Origin: Gemmatimonadota bacterium
Lineage (GTDB): Bacteria; Gemmatimonadota; Gemmatimonadetes; Palauibacterales; Palauibacteraceae
Reading direction: 5' to 3'
Assembly: GCA_965116475.1 (NCBI GenBank)
Contig: OZ220691.1
Span: forward strand, 1,344,001-1,408,000
Length of the DNA: 64,000 nt
The position numbers and the translations under genes were made by a program. The notes beneath the pieces were generated by a model. The model saw only the letters and a program-made list of their open reading frames with translations, had not been told where the DNA came from and did no database searches. Below, in pieces: positions 17,305-27,052 of this stretch (its first letter is position 1; each line of letters starts with the position of its first letter).

Positions 17305-18690
17305 ATGAGCCAACCCCGCGATAACTGGAGTTCGAACGTCGGTCTCGTGCTGGCCGCAACCGGCAGCGCGATCGGCCTCGGCAACCTGTGGAAGTTCCCG
17401 TTCATCACCTGGGAGAACGAAGGAGGCGCCTTCGTTCTCGTCTACCTGGTCTGCATCGTTGCCGTCGGCCTGCCGATCATGATGGCGGAACTGCTCATCG
17501 GGCGCAGGAGCCAGAAGAGCGCGGTCGGTGCGCTCAAGGAGGCGGCCGGACCCTGGTGGGGCGTCGTCGGCGGATGGGGCGTGCTCGCCGGGTTCATCCT
17601 CCTCAGCTACTACACGGTCATCGCGGGCTGGTCGCTGTACTACTTCGCCCAGTCCATCGGCTGGACCTTCGGCGGCTATCCCACCGGGATGGCGGCGGGC
17701 GACCTCTTCAACGAGCAGGTGGGGAACGCCGGCCTCCAGCTCGCGCTCTCGCTCAGCTTCAGCATCGGCACGATCGCGGTCGTCTACTTCGGCGTGAGCA
17801 AGGGGATCGAGCGGATCGCCCGCATCTTCCTCCCCATCCTGTTCGGAATCCTCCTCCTCCTTCTCGTCAGCGCGCTGGGCATGAACGGGTCCGGCGAGGC
17901 GCTGCGTTTCATCTTCCGCGCCAACTTCTCGGAGCTGGAGATGAGCGGGGTGCTCGAGGCGCTGGGACACTCCTTCTTCACCCTCTCCCTCGGGATGGGG
18001 GCGATGATCACCTACGGCTCCTACATCTCGCGCAAGCATTCGATCGTGAAGGCGTCGGGCGCGATCGTGGCGCTGGACACGCTGATCGCGCTCGTGGCGA
18101 CCGTGATCATGTTCTCCGTCATCTTCTCGGTGGCGGGGATGAGCGACCAGGTGAGCGGTTCGCCGGTGGGGATGCTCTTCATCTCGCTACCGGAACTGTT
18201 CTACACCGCGGTGCCGTTCGGAACCGTGCTGGGGCCGCTCTTCTACCTGCTCGTGGCGCTGGCGGCGCTGACCTCGACAATCTCCCTCCTCGAGGTCGTG
18301 TCGAGCTACGTCATCGACGAGCACGGCATCCCTCGACACAAGGCGACGGTCATATGCGGCGCGGCGATCTTCGTGTTCACGATCTTCGCGGCGCTCTCGT
18401 TCACCGGTACGCCGTTCCTCGCCACGCTGGAGATCTTCGCCGGGAAGGTGGGCTGGTTCTCCACGGTCGACCACTTCGTGTCCAACTGGATGCTGCCGAC
18501 CGGCGGATTCGCGATCACGCTCGCGGCGGGCTGGTTCATGACGCGGAACGCGACGCAGCGGGAACTCGTGGACGGCACGGAGCCGCGCTGGTTCCACTAC
18601 GGGTCGTGGCGCTTCTTCATCCGCTGGGTGGCGCCGCTCGCGGTAGGGGCGATCATCGTGGCGGTCATCCTGGGCCGCGACTTCAGCTGA
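17305..18690 (+). CDS. Sodium-dependent transporter (NSS/SNF family)
   Basis: GSAIGLGNLWKFPF..GGAFVLVY, SYYTVIAGW, FFTLSLGMGAMITYGSY. Confidence 0.95.
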   Translation: MSQPRDNWSSNVGLVLAATGSAIGLGNLWKFPFITWENEGGAFVLVYLVCIVAVGLPIMMAELLIGRRSQKSAVGALKEAAGPWWGVVGGWGVLAGFILLSYYTVIAGWSLYYFAQSIGWTFGGYPTGMAAGDLFNEQVGNAGLQLALSLSFSIGTIAVVYFGVSKGIERIARIFLPILFGILLLLLVSALGMNGSGEALRFIFRANFSELEMSGVLEALGHSFFTLSLGMGAMITYGSYISRKHSIVKASGAIVALDTLIALVATVIMFSVIFSVAGMSDQVSGSPVGMLFISLPELFYTAVPFGTVLGPLFYLLVALAALTSTISLLEVVSSYVIDEHGIPRHKATVICGAAIFVFTIFAALSFTGTPFLATLEIFAGKVGWFSTVDHFVSNWMLPTGGFAITLAAGWFMTRNATQRELVDGTEPRWFHYGSWRFFIRWVAPLAVGAIIVAVILGRDFS

Positions 18691-18709
18691 CGGGACGGCG
18701 TTCGGCGCT

Positions 18710-20299
18710 GTGGCGGGGGGCGCTCTGAGGCGGGGGCGGGCCGGCGCGGTTGCGCTGGCCGGAAGCGTCCTCCTCGGCGGCTGCGGCGCCCCATCCGCCT
18801 CGTCCGCGGGCGGCGACGGCGAGGGGGGTGGCGAGGACGGGAACCGACCGGAGATCGGCCGCGAGCAGGTCGTCGAGGGGCTGGCCCGGGGCTGGTTCCC
18901 GGGCCGCGTGGGCGACATCGCGGTGATCCCCGATCCGCAGGCGATCATCACGTACGGGGGCGAGAGCAACCGGTACATGCACGGCGGGCCGTGGTCGCAC
19001 GACAGCGACGTCCCGCTGCTTCTCCACGGGCCGGGCATCTTCCGGCCCGGCATCTACGGCGCGGCGGCTTCCCACCAGGACATCGGCGCGACCGTGACGG
19101 AACTGCTCGGACTTCCGCCCTGGCCCGGCGCGACGGGACGTCCGCTGAGCGAGGCGTTCGCGGGCGGAGCGGAGGCCGGGCGACCGGGGCTGGTCGCCGT
19201 CCTCGTGCTGGACGCGCTGCGCTCCGACTACCTGGAACGCAAGGCGGACCTCCTCCCCAACCTGGGCCGGTTCGCGGAGGAGAGCGCCCGCTTCGCCAGT
19301 GCCCGGGTCGACTACCTCCCGACGAACACGTCCACGGCGCACTCGACGATCGCGACGGCGACGGACCCCGCGATTCACGGGATCGTCGGCAACGGGCTCT
19401 ACGACCGGCGGATCGGTGAATCGAAGCTGGCCTACGAGGGAGTGGCGCCCTACAACCTCATGGCGCTCACGTTCGCGGACCGCTGGAGCGCGGCCACCTG
19501 GGGGCGCGCCGAGATCGTGGCGCAGGCGGGGACGGACTACCCGGCGGTGGCGCTCGCGGGGCACGGGGCGTGCATCCTGGGTGGCCACCCGCCGTGGATG
19601 GCGTACTACGACTCCGACAGCGGCGCGTGGCGCACGAACGAGGACTGCTACCGCCTGCCGGCCGCCGTCGCGGCGCTCCATTTCGGCCCCCGGCTCGACG
19701 CCGTCGACCGCCTCTGGCTGGGCCATGAACTCGACAGTTTCGGCGAGGCCCGGCGCTCGTCGCTCTTCTCCGCGTTCGAGGGGGAGGCGGCGGTCGCCCT
19801 GATCGAGGGGAGCGCTTTCGGCGAGGACGACATCGCGGATCTCTTCCTCGCCAACCTGAAGAGCACGGACTACGTGTCGCACAAGTACGGCCCCTTCTCG
19901 CTCGAGATGGATGCGACGCTGGCGGAACTCGACGGCTGGCTCGGCCGGATCGTGGCGGCGCTCGAAAGGAAGGCCGGGCCGGGCGGGCTGGCCCTGATCG
20001 TGACGGCGGACCACGGCATGCCGGACGCCCCGGCGAGCGACGACCTGTGGGTCACGTACGACGACGTGACGGCGTGGCTGAACGAGCGTGTGGACCCCGG
20101 CGGCCCGGGCGTGGTCGCGTACTTCGAGGGGTCCGAGAATCAGATGTTCCTCGACCACGCACGGCTGGAGGCGCTCGGGCTGACACCCGGCGACATCGCC
20201 CGGACGCTGGAGGAATCCCCCGTCGTGGGCTTCGCGATTACGGCCGAAGAAGTGCGACGGGCCTTGCCTGCGCGCGCGAGTGAACGAGTGAACGAGTGA
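18710..20299 (+). CDS. Alkaline phosphatase superfamily (PafA-like) lipoprotein, apparently circularly permuted
   Basis: Lipobox LLGGC; LVLDALRSDY, PTNTSTAHSTIAT, DYVSHKYGP, VTADHG; the HGGPW..DVPLLL..DIGATV block is N-terminal. Start uncertain. Confidence 0.85.
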   Translation: MAGGALRRGRAGAVALAGSVLLGGCGAPSASSAGGDGEGGGEDGNRPEIGREQVVEGLARGWFPGRVGDIAVIPDPQAIITYGGESNRYMHGGPWSHDSDVPLLLHGPGIFRPGIYGAAASHQDIGATVTELLGLPPWPGATGRPLSEAFAGGAEAGRPGLVAVLVLDALRSDYLERKADLLPNLGRFAEESARFASARVDYLPTNTSTAHSTIATATDPAIHGIVGNGLYDRRIGESKLAYEGVAPYNLMALTFADRWSAATWGRAEIVAQAGTDYPAVALAGHGACILGGHPPWMAYYDSDSGAWRTNEDCYRLPAAVAALHFGPRLDAVDRLWLGHELDSFGEARRSSLFSAFEGEAAVALIEGSAFGEDDIADLFLANLKSTDYVSHKYGPFSLEMDATLAELDGWLGRIVAALERKAGPGGLALIVTADHGMPDAPASDDLWVTYDDVTAWLNERVDPGGPGVVAYFEGSENQMFLDHARLEALGLTPGDIARTLEESPVVGFAITAEEVRRALPARASERVNE

Positions 20300-20313
20300 A
20301 AGGGAGCGTGTCG

Positions 20314-21816
20314 ATGCTGAACCGGCGAACCTTCCTGAAGACCGGCGCGCTCTCCGCCGCCGCGCTGGCGACCCGTGCGGACTCCCTCCTGGCGGCTCCC
20401 TACGACCCTCTTCACGACCCTCTTCCCCGCAACCGGACCGCGAACCCGATTCGCGTGCGGGGGATGGTCCGCGCGGGGGGCCGCGCCGTGGGGCGGGTCG
20501 CGGTCTCCGATGGACTCCAGGTCGTGGATTCCGACGCGGATGGCCGCTTCGAACTCGTGACCTCGGCCGACCGGGGCTTCGTCTGGGTTCGGGTCCCGGC
20601 CGGATACGAGGTTCCAACCAATCCATCCGGCACCGCGCGCTTCTACGAGCGCATCGACGCCTCGCGAAGCGAGATGTCGGTCGCGTTCGATCTCTCGCCG
20701 CTCGACGTCTCCGACGAACGGCACACGCTCCTGCTCCTCGGCGACATCCAGACTGAGACCGAAGAGGAGATGGGGTGGTTTCACGAACGCTCCGTCCCGG
20801 ATCTTCAGCAGACGGTGCGGGAGTTGGGCGACACGCACGTCTTCGGCATCTCCGACGGCGACATCATGTACGACCGTCTCGAGCTCTATCCTGAGTACGA
20901 GCGGGGCGTACACAGGATCGGCGTTCCGTTCTTCCAGGTGATCGGGAACCACGACCTCGACATGGAGAGCGCCACCGACGAGGCTTCCTCGGACACCTTC
21001 TCGCGCCACTTCGGGCCGCGCTACTACTCGTTCGACCGCGGGGCCGTCCATTACGTGGTGCTCGACGACGTGTTCTGGCACGGGAGCGGATACCTCGGTT
21101 ACCTGGACGCGGACGCGCTGACCTGGCTGGCGGCGGATCTGAGCCGCGTGGAGGCGGGGGCGCCGGTCATCGTGGCCACGCACATTCCGGCCCTCGGGAG
21201 CAACCACGTTCGGCGCGGCCTGACCTCCCCGGACCCACCCGGCGCGATCATGAATCGCGACGCGCTCTATCGGCTGCTGGAGCCCTTCCAGGCGCATATC
21301 CTCACGGGCCATACGCACGAGCTGGAGCACGTGTTCGAAGCGGGGACGCACGAGCATGTGGCGGGTGCGATCTGCGGGGCGTGGTGGAGCGGGCCGATCT
21401 GCTGGGACGGCGCCCCGAACGGCTACTGCGTGTACGAGGCCGCGGGCGAGGAGATCTCGTGGCGCTACAAGTCGACAGGTTTCGACGCGTCGCACCAGAT
21501 GCGGCTGTACGCGCCCGGGGCCGACCCGGCCGCGCCGGGGGCGGTCGTCGCGAACGTGTGGGACTGGGACCCGGAATGGACCGTGCGCTGGTTCTCGGAC
21601 GGCGAGCCCCGCGGGCTGATGACGCGACGAAACGGACGGGACCCGCTCAGCGTCGAACTGCACACGGGCGAGGACCTTCCACCGCGCCGATCGTGGGTCG
21701 AGCCGCGCATCACGAGCCACATGTTCTACGCGCCCGTCGAACCCGGCGTGGAGGCGGTGCGCGTGGAGGCCACGGACCGTTTCGGCCGCGTCTACTCGGA
21801 GCGCCTGGCGTTGTAG
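20314..21816 (+). CDS. Tat-exported calcineurin-like metallophosphoesterase
   Basis: NRRTFLK Tat motif; GDIQ, GDIMYD, GNHD, THIP, GHTH, GAICGAWW..DGAPNGY. Alternative GTG start at 20296. Confidence 0.9.
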   Translation: MLNRRTFLKTGALSAAALATRADSLLAAPYDPLHDPLPRNRTANPIRVRGMVRAGGRAVGRVAVSDGLQVVDSDADGRFELVTSADRGFVWVRVPAGYEVPTNPSGTARFYERIDASRSEMSVAFDLSPLDVSDERHTLLLLGDIQTETEEEMGWFHERSVPDLQQTVRELGDTHVFGISDGDIMYDRLELYPEYERGVHRIGVPFFQVIGNHDLDMESATDEASSDTFSRHFGPRYYSFDRGAVHYVVLDDVFWHGSGYLGYLDADALTWLAADLSRVEAGAPVIVATHIPALGSNHVRRGLTSPDPPGAIMNRDALYRLLEPFQAHILTGHTHELEHVFEAGTHEHVAGAICGAWWSGPICWDGAPNGYCVYEAAGEEISWRYKSTGFDASHQMRLYAPGADPAAPGAVVANVWDWDPEWTVRWFSDGEPRGLMTRRNGRDPLSVELHTGEDLPPRRSWVEPRITSHMFYAPVEPGVEAVRVEATDRFGRVYSERLAL

Positions 21817-21839
21817 ACCTCGGACTGCGGGCTCATGTT
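21811..21839 (+). promoter_or_regulatory. Putative sigma70-type promoter of DMFase-like gene 1
   Basis: TTGTAG-N17-CATGTT, conserved upstream of the paralog. Confidence 0.5.
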
Positions 21840-21903
21840 GCGGGGACGGGGCGGCCGGAAGCGTCGGCCGTCCGCATGCTGACCCGGGCCCGGAGATGTC
21901 GCC

Positions 21904-24006
21904 ATGACCCAGCCACGCCCGCGCTTCCGTCCGTCCCTCCTCCCCTTCGTCACCTCGACGTTGCTCGTCGCGAGCGCCTGCGCGCCCCCGCGGATGACCA
22001 TGGAGCAGGCGTGCGCGGATCCCGCCAACGAGATCGTGGCGGAGAACTGTCTCGAGGGTCATCCACCCACGGAGTGGGACATCAACGGCTACGGCGATCC
22101 GAGCATCCAGGGGTTCGGAACCGACATCTCGATCCACCGGGGCGAGACGATCGAGTTCAAGATCGACACGGACTCCGACGACTACCGGATCGACATCTAC
22201 CGCATGGGCTACTACGGCGGCATGGGCGCGCGCCGGGTGGATTCCTTCGCGCCTTCCGCGGCGCTGCCCCAGATCCAGCCCGAGTGCCTCCGCGCACCGA
22301 TCCCGGTGCTGGCGGAGGATGGCGGGACGGAGACGTGGCCCGCGCCGCTCGTCGACTGCGGCAACTGGGCGGTTTCGGCCTCGTGGCAGGCACCGGAGGA
22401 CGCAACATCAGGCATCTACTTCGCCCGGCTCGTGCGCGAGGACTCGATCGAGGGCTGGGTCAAGAACGATGCGTTCGAGCCCACGCCGCTCCCGCCCACG
22501 GGTGAAGACTCGCTTTGGGAGGCGCCCGGCTTCCACGCCGTGATGCGGAACCCGCTGCGCGAGGCGCGCGCCAGCCACATCTACTTCGTCGTCCGGGACG
22601 ACGACGGCGGATCCGACCTGCTCTTCCAGACCTCGGATCTCAACTGGCAGGCGTACAACCGCTATGGCGGCCACAGCGTGTACGGGCGCCTGAACCCCGA
22701 GCGTCTGCGGCTCCACGGCGGACCGCCGCGCGCGCCGAAAGTCAGCTACAACCGGCCCTTCGAGACGCGCCACTACCGCGCCGTGAACATGGTGTTCAAC
22801 TCCGAGTACCCGATGGTCCGCTGGCTCGAGCGGAACGGATACGATGTGAGTTACTCGTCCGGGGTCGACACGGACCGGCGCGGCGAGGAACTGCTCGAAC
22901 ACAAGGTCTTCCTCTCGGTGGGACACGACGAGTACTGGACGGGCCAACAGCGGCGCAACGTGGAGGCGGCGCGCGCGGCCGGCGTACACCTCGGCTTCTT
23001 CGGGTCGAACGACGTCTTCTGGAAGGTGCGCTGGGAGCCGAGCATCGATGGATCGGAGCAGCCGTACCGGACGTTCGTCACGTACAAGGAAACGCAGGAC
23101 CACCGGAAGCTCGATCCGGTCGAGTGGACGGGGCTGTTCCGCGATCACCGTTCGATCAACCCGGAGGGGCCGTGGCCGGAGAACGCGCTCACCGGCACGC
23201 TGTTCACGGTGAACGCGTGGCGGAACGATCCGCTCATGGTCGACGCCGAGTTCGCCGACCTCAGGTTCTGGCGCAATACGGAGGTTGCGCGGCTCCGGCC
23301 CGGCGAGCGCTATGTGTCGATCAAGGGCATCCTCGGCCACGAATGGGACTCGGACATCGACAACGGCTTCCGCCCGCCGGGACTGTTCCGGCTCTCCGCG
23401 ACGACGATCGACAACCTGCAGTACTGCGTCCACCCGGGCCGGGGCTGCGAGACGGGGTCGGCCACGCACAACGCGGTCATGTACCGGCACGAGAGCGGGT
23501 CGCTCATCTTCGACACGGGGACGCTGCAGTGGCCGTGGGGCCTCGACGCCCACCACGACACCGAGACGGGCGTCCCTCCCGAGCGCCAGAACGGCATGGA
23601 CACGCGGGTCGGCGTGGATCCGAACGGTCCGGATCCGGTGTTGCAGCAGGCGACGCTCAACGTGTTCGCGGACATGGGCGTGCAGCCCGCGACGATTCAG
23701 GCGGACCTCGTGCCGGCCACGGCCTCGACGGATGACGTCCCGCCGACCTCCTCCTTCGAGGCACCCTCCGGGCCCGACGCGGCGACCGGCCTCATGACGG
23801 TCAGCGGGACGGCTTCGGACGCCGGGGGCGGCGTGGTCGCCGCGGTCGAGGTGTCGCTGGACGGGGGGATGACGTGGCGCCCGGCCCGTGGCCGCGCGAA
23901 CTGGAGCTACGCGTGGGACCCGGACCTCGCCGGCGGCGACGTGTCGATCCTGAGCCGCGCCGTGGACGACAGCGGCAACCTGGAGACCCCGGACGAGGGC
24001 GGCTGA
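21904..24006 (+). CDS. N,N-dimethylformamidase large-subunit-like lipoprotein with C-terminal Ig-like domain (paralog 1)
   Basis: Lipobox VASAC; IDIYRMGYYGG, WQAYNRYGG, VSYNRP, RWLERNGYDV, SVGHDEYW, GHEWD; C-terminal VEVSLDGG.TW..SRAVDDSGNLE. Confidence 0.85.
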   Translation: MTQPRPRFRPSLLPFVTSTLLVASACAPPRMTMEQACADPANEIVAENCLEGHPPTEWDINGYGDPSIQGFGTDISIHRGETIEFKIDTDSDDYRIDIYRMGYYGGMGARRVDSFAPSAALPQIQPECLRAPIPVLAEDGGTETWPAPLVDCGNWAVSASWQAPEDATSGIYFARLVREDSIEGWVKNDAFEPTPLPPTGEDSLWEAPGFHAVMRNPLREARASHIYFVVRDDDGGSDLLFQTSDLNWQAYNRYGGHSVYGRLNPERLRLHGGPPRAPKVSYNRPFETRHYRAVNMVFNSEYPMVRWLERNGYDVSYSSGVDTDRRGEELLEHKVFLSVGHDEYWTGQQRRNVEAARAAGVHLGFFGSNDVFWKVRWEPSIDGSEQPYRTFVTYKETQDHRKLDPVEWTGLFRDHRSINPEGPWPENALTGTLFTVNAWRNDPLMVDAEFADLRFWRNTEVARLRPGERYVSIKGILGHEWDSDIDNGFRPPGLFRLSATTIDNLQYCVHPGRGCETGSATHNAVMYRHESGSLIFDTGTLQWPWGLDAHHDTETGVPPERQNGMDTRVGVDPNGPDPVLQQATLNVFADMGVQPATIQADLVPATASTDDVPPTSSFEAPSGPDAATGLMTVSGTASDAGGGVVAAVEVSLDGGMTWRPARGRANWSYAWDPDLAGGDVSILSRAVDDSGNLETPDEGG

Positions 24007-24046
24007 ACCCGCGGGAGGACCGCCGGCGCCCGTTATGGACTGCTGG

Positions 24047-24075
24047 TTGTAGACTGCCGAGTGCGGCGTCATGTT
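24047..24075 (+). promoter_or_regulatory. Putative sigma70-type promoter of DMFase-like gene 2
   Basis: TTGTAG-N17-CATGTT. Confidence 0.5.
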
Positions 24076-24135
24076 GCGGGGACGCGGCGGCCGGGGGGGC
24101 CGGCCGGCGCCCGACTCTGGCCCGGAGATGTCTCC

Positions 24136-26274
24136 ATGACCGCGTCCCTGGCAACCCGTGGCAACAGCCCCGCCGCGTTCCCCACCTCCGTCGTGCTTTC
24201 GATCGCGCTCGCCGCCGCGGGCTCCGGTTGCACCCTGCAGGTCTCCGTGGGGGAAGCGTGCGCCGACCCCGCCAACGAGATCGTGGCGGAGAACTGTCTC
24301 GAGGGGCACCCGCCGACGGAGTGGGATATCAACAGCTACGGCGACCCCAGCATCCAGGGCTTCGGAACCGACATCGCGATCGCCCAGGGCGAGACGATCG
24401 AGTTCAAGATCGACACGGACTCCGACGACTACCGGATCGACATCTACCGCATGGGCTACTACGGCGGCATGGGCGCGCGCCGCGTCGATTCGTTCGAGCC
24501 GTCCGCGACACTGCCCCAGATCCAGCCCGAGTGCCTGCGGGGCCCGATCCCCGTGCTGGCCGAGGGGGGCGGGATGGAGACGTGGCCCGCACCGCTCGTC
24601 GACTGCGGCAACTGGGCGGTGTCGGCCTCCTGGCGGGCGCCGGAGGACGCGACCTCGGGCATCTACTTCGCCCGGCTCGTGCGCGAGGATCCGATCGAGG
24701 GCTGGGTGAAGAACGACCAGTTCGAGGCCACGCCCCTCCCGCCGACCGGGGAGGATTCGCTGTGGGAGGCGCCCGGCTTCCGGGCCGTGATGCGGAACGG
24801 CCTGCGCGAGCCGCGGGCCAGCCACATCTACTTCGTCGTGCGGGACGACGACGGCGAGTCCGACATGCTCTTCCAGACATCGGACCTCACCTGGCAGGCC
24901 TACAACCGCTATGGCGGCCACAGCGTATACGGCCGGCTGAATCCGGAGCGCCTCCGCCTCCACGGCGGAGAGCCGCGGGCGCCGAAAGTCAGCTACAACC
25001 GGCCGTTCGAGACGCGGCACTATCGCGCGGTCAACAAGGTGTTCAACTCCGAGTACCCGATGGTCCGCTGGCTGGAGCGCAACGGGTACGACGTCAGCTA
25101 TTCCTCGGGCATCGACACGGATCGCCGCGGCGAGGAACTGCTGGAGCACAAGGTCTTTCTCTCGGTCGGACACGACGAGTACTGGACGGGACGGCAGCGG
25201 CGGAACGTGGAAGCGGCCCGGGCCGCCGGCCTGAACCTCGCCTTCTTCAGTTCGAACGAGGTCTACTGGAAGGTGCGCTGGGAGGCGAGCATCGACGGCT
25301 CGGGCGAGCCCTACCGGACCCTCGTGACGTACAAGGACTCACAGGACCACCGGCGGCTCGACCCCGTGGAATGGACCGGCGAGTTCCGCGACCACCGTCC
25401 CATCAACGCCGAAGGGCCATGGCCGGAGAACGCGCTCACGGGGACGCTGTTCACCGTGAACGCGTGGCGGAACGACCCGATCATCGTGGACGCCGAGTTC
25501 GCCGACCTGAGGTTCTGGCGCAACACCGAGGTGGCGCGCCTCCAGCCGGGTGAGCGGTACGTGTCGATCAAGGGGATCCTCGGCCATGAATGGGACTCGG
25601 ACATCGACAACGGGTTCCGGCCGCCCGGATTGTTCCGGGTGGCCGCGACGGAGATCGACAACACGCTCTACTGCGTGCACCCGGGACGCGGCTGCGAGAC
25701 GGGCACCGCCACGCATCATGCCGTGCTGTACCGGCACGAGAGCGGCGCGCTCGTGTTCGGCTCCGGGACGCTGCAGTGGTCGTGGGGACTGGACGCGCAC
25801 CACGACACGGAGACCGGCGTGCCCCCCGAGCGGCAGAACGGCGCGGACACGCGGGTCGGCGTCGATCCGCACGGTCCCGACCTCGTCCTGCAGCAGGCGA
25901 CGCTGAACCTGTTCGCGGACATGGGCGTCCAGCCCGCCACGATGCAGCCGGATCTGGTGGCCGCCACGGCTTCGACGGATCGGGTCCCGCCCACGTCCTC
26001 CTTCGGCCCCCCCTCGGCGCCGGACGCCGAAAGCGGCAGGCTCACGATCTCGGGGACGGCGTCGGATACGGGCGGCGGCGTAGTCGCGGCGGTCGAGGTA
26101 TCACTCGATGGAGGACAGACCTGGCACCCGGCCCGCGGTCGAACGGATTGGAGCTACGAGTACGACCCCGCCGTCACCCGGGATGAGGTTTCGATCCTGA
26201 GCCGGGCCGTGGACGACAGCGGCAACATCGAGACGCCAGGCGCGACCGCCGCGGGCGGCGGCTCGGGAGACTGA
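24136..26274 (+). CDS. N,N-dimethylformamidase large-subunit-like lipoprotein (paralog 2)
   Basis: Collinear with and very similar to paralog 1; ATG 24136 follows the shared GGAGATGTC leader; lipobox GSGC. Confidence 0.85.
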   Translation: MTASLATRGNSPAAFPTSVVLSIALAAAGSGCTLQVSVGEACADPANEIVAENCLEGHPPTEWDINSYGDPSIQGFGTDIAIAQGETIEFKIDTDSDDYRIDIYRMGYYGGMGARRVDSFEPSATLPQIQPECLRGPIPVLAEGGGMETWPAPLVDCGNWAVSASWRAPEDATSGIYFARLVREDPIEGWVKNDQFEATPLPPTGEDSLWEAPGFRAVMRNGLREPRASHIYFVVRDDDGESDMLFQTSDLTWQAYNRYGGHSVYGRLNPERLRLHGGEPRAPKVSYNRPFETRHYRAVNKVFNSEYPMVRWLERNGYDVSYSSGIDTDRRGEELLEHKVFLSVGHDEYWTGRQRRNVEAARAAGLNLAFFSSNEVYWKVRWEASIDGSGEPYRTLVTYKDSQDHRRLDPVEWTGEFRDHRPINAEGPWPENALTGTLFTVNAWRNDPIIVDAEFADLRFWRNTEVARLQPGERYVSIKGILGHEWDSDIDNGFRPPGLFRVAATEIDNTLYCVHPGRGCETGTATHHAVLYRHESGALVFGSGTLQWSWGLDAHHDTETGVPPERQNGADTRVGVDPHGPDLVLQQATLNLFADMGVQPATMQPDLVAATASTDRVPPTSSFGPPSAPDAESGRLTISGTASDTGGGVVAAVEVSLDGGQTWHPARGRTDWSYEYDPAVTRDEVSILSRAVDDSGNIETPGATAAGGGSGD

Positions 26275-26303
26275 CCCTCCCCGCGCCGTGCTGCCTGAAG
26301 ACG

Positions 26304-26319
26304 CGTTCCCGCGGGAACG
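26304..26319. repeat. Palindrome CGTTCCCGCGGGAACG (copy 3) between convergent genes
   Basis: Read directly. Confidence 0.95.
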
Positions 26320-26344
26320 TCGGGGGCGACCCGCCTTCGGCCAG

Positions 26345-26749
26345 CTACCAGTACTCGACCTCCAGTCCCTCGACCCGGTGGAAGCTGCGCCGGTCGCGCG
26401 TAGCGACGGCATAACCGTGGTGGACCGCGGTAGCCGCGATGATCAGGTCGTGCGCGCCAATGGGAGCGCCTTGGCGGGCGAGTTGCCCCGCCAGGAGCGC
26501 GTGGACACGAGCGACTTCGAGGTCGAAGGGCAGTGCGGGCAGGACGTCCAGCCACATGTTGGAGGACCGCTCGACCGCCACGCGCCGGGCACCGCGGGCC
26601 GCGTGTACACCCTGGAGGAATTCCGAAACCGTGATGGCGGCCATCGCCAGTGGAGTACCGGTATCCTGCGCGCCGCCGAGGATCCGATCAACGTCCAGTT
26701 CCCCCCGTTCGACGGCGATCAGGACGCTGGCATCGATTAGCGTTCCCAC
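26345..26749 (-). CDS. vapC: PIN-domain VapC toxin
   Basis: LIDASVLI, ITVSEF, IGAHDLIIAATA..VATRD..FHRVEGL. Confidence 0.92.
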   Translation of the reverse strand: MGTLIDASVLIAVERGELDVDRILGGAQDTGTPLAMAAITVSEFLQGVHAARGARRVAVERSSNMWLDVLPALPFDLEVARVHALLAGQLARQGAPIGAHDLIIAATAVHHGYAVATRDRRSFHRVEGLEVEYW

Positions 26750-27042
26750 GGATTCCGGGGTACCTCCTCACGGTTCCAGATCGCGATACCCTCTTCGATG
26801 GCTCGCAGGCACTCCTCATCCAGGGGAGGCCAGGGGCGCTTGGCGACGAGGGCGGCGAACTCCTTCAAGGTGAACGTTCGATCTTCCTCGGGGCCGATCC
26901 GCGCGACAGCTTTGCCGCGGTGTTCCACGACGTACTCGGCGGCCTGCTCACGCACCTCCGTGAGGATCGATCCGAAGTTCTTCGCCGCCTCCGTTGCGCT
27001 CACCCTCCGCGCATCCGGAGACGCATCTCGTGTATTGGGCAT
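26737..27042 (-). CDS. Phd/YefM family antitoxin
   Basis: VSATEAAKNFGSILTEV..YVVEHRGKAVARIGP; overlaps vapC. Confidence 0.88.
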   Translation of the reverse strand: MPNTRDASPDARRVSATEAAKNFGSILTEVREQAAEYVVEHRGKAVARIGPEEDRTFTLKEFAALVAKRPWPPLDEECLRAIEEGIAIWNREEVPRNPWER

Positions 27043-27052
27043 GGGACGAAGA

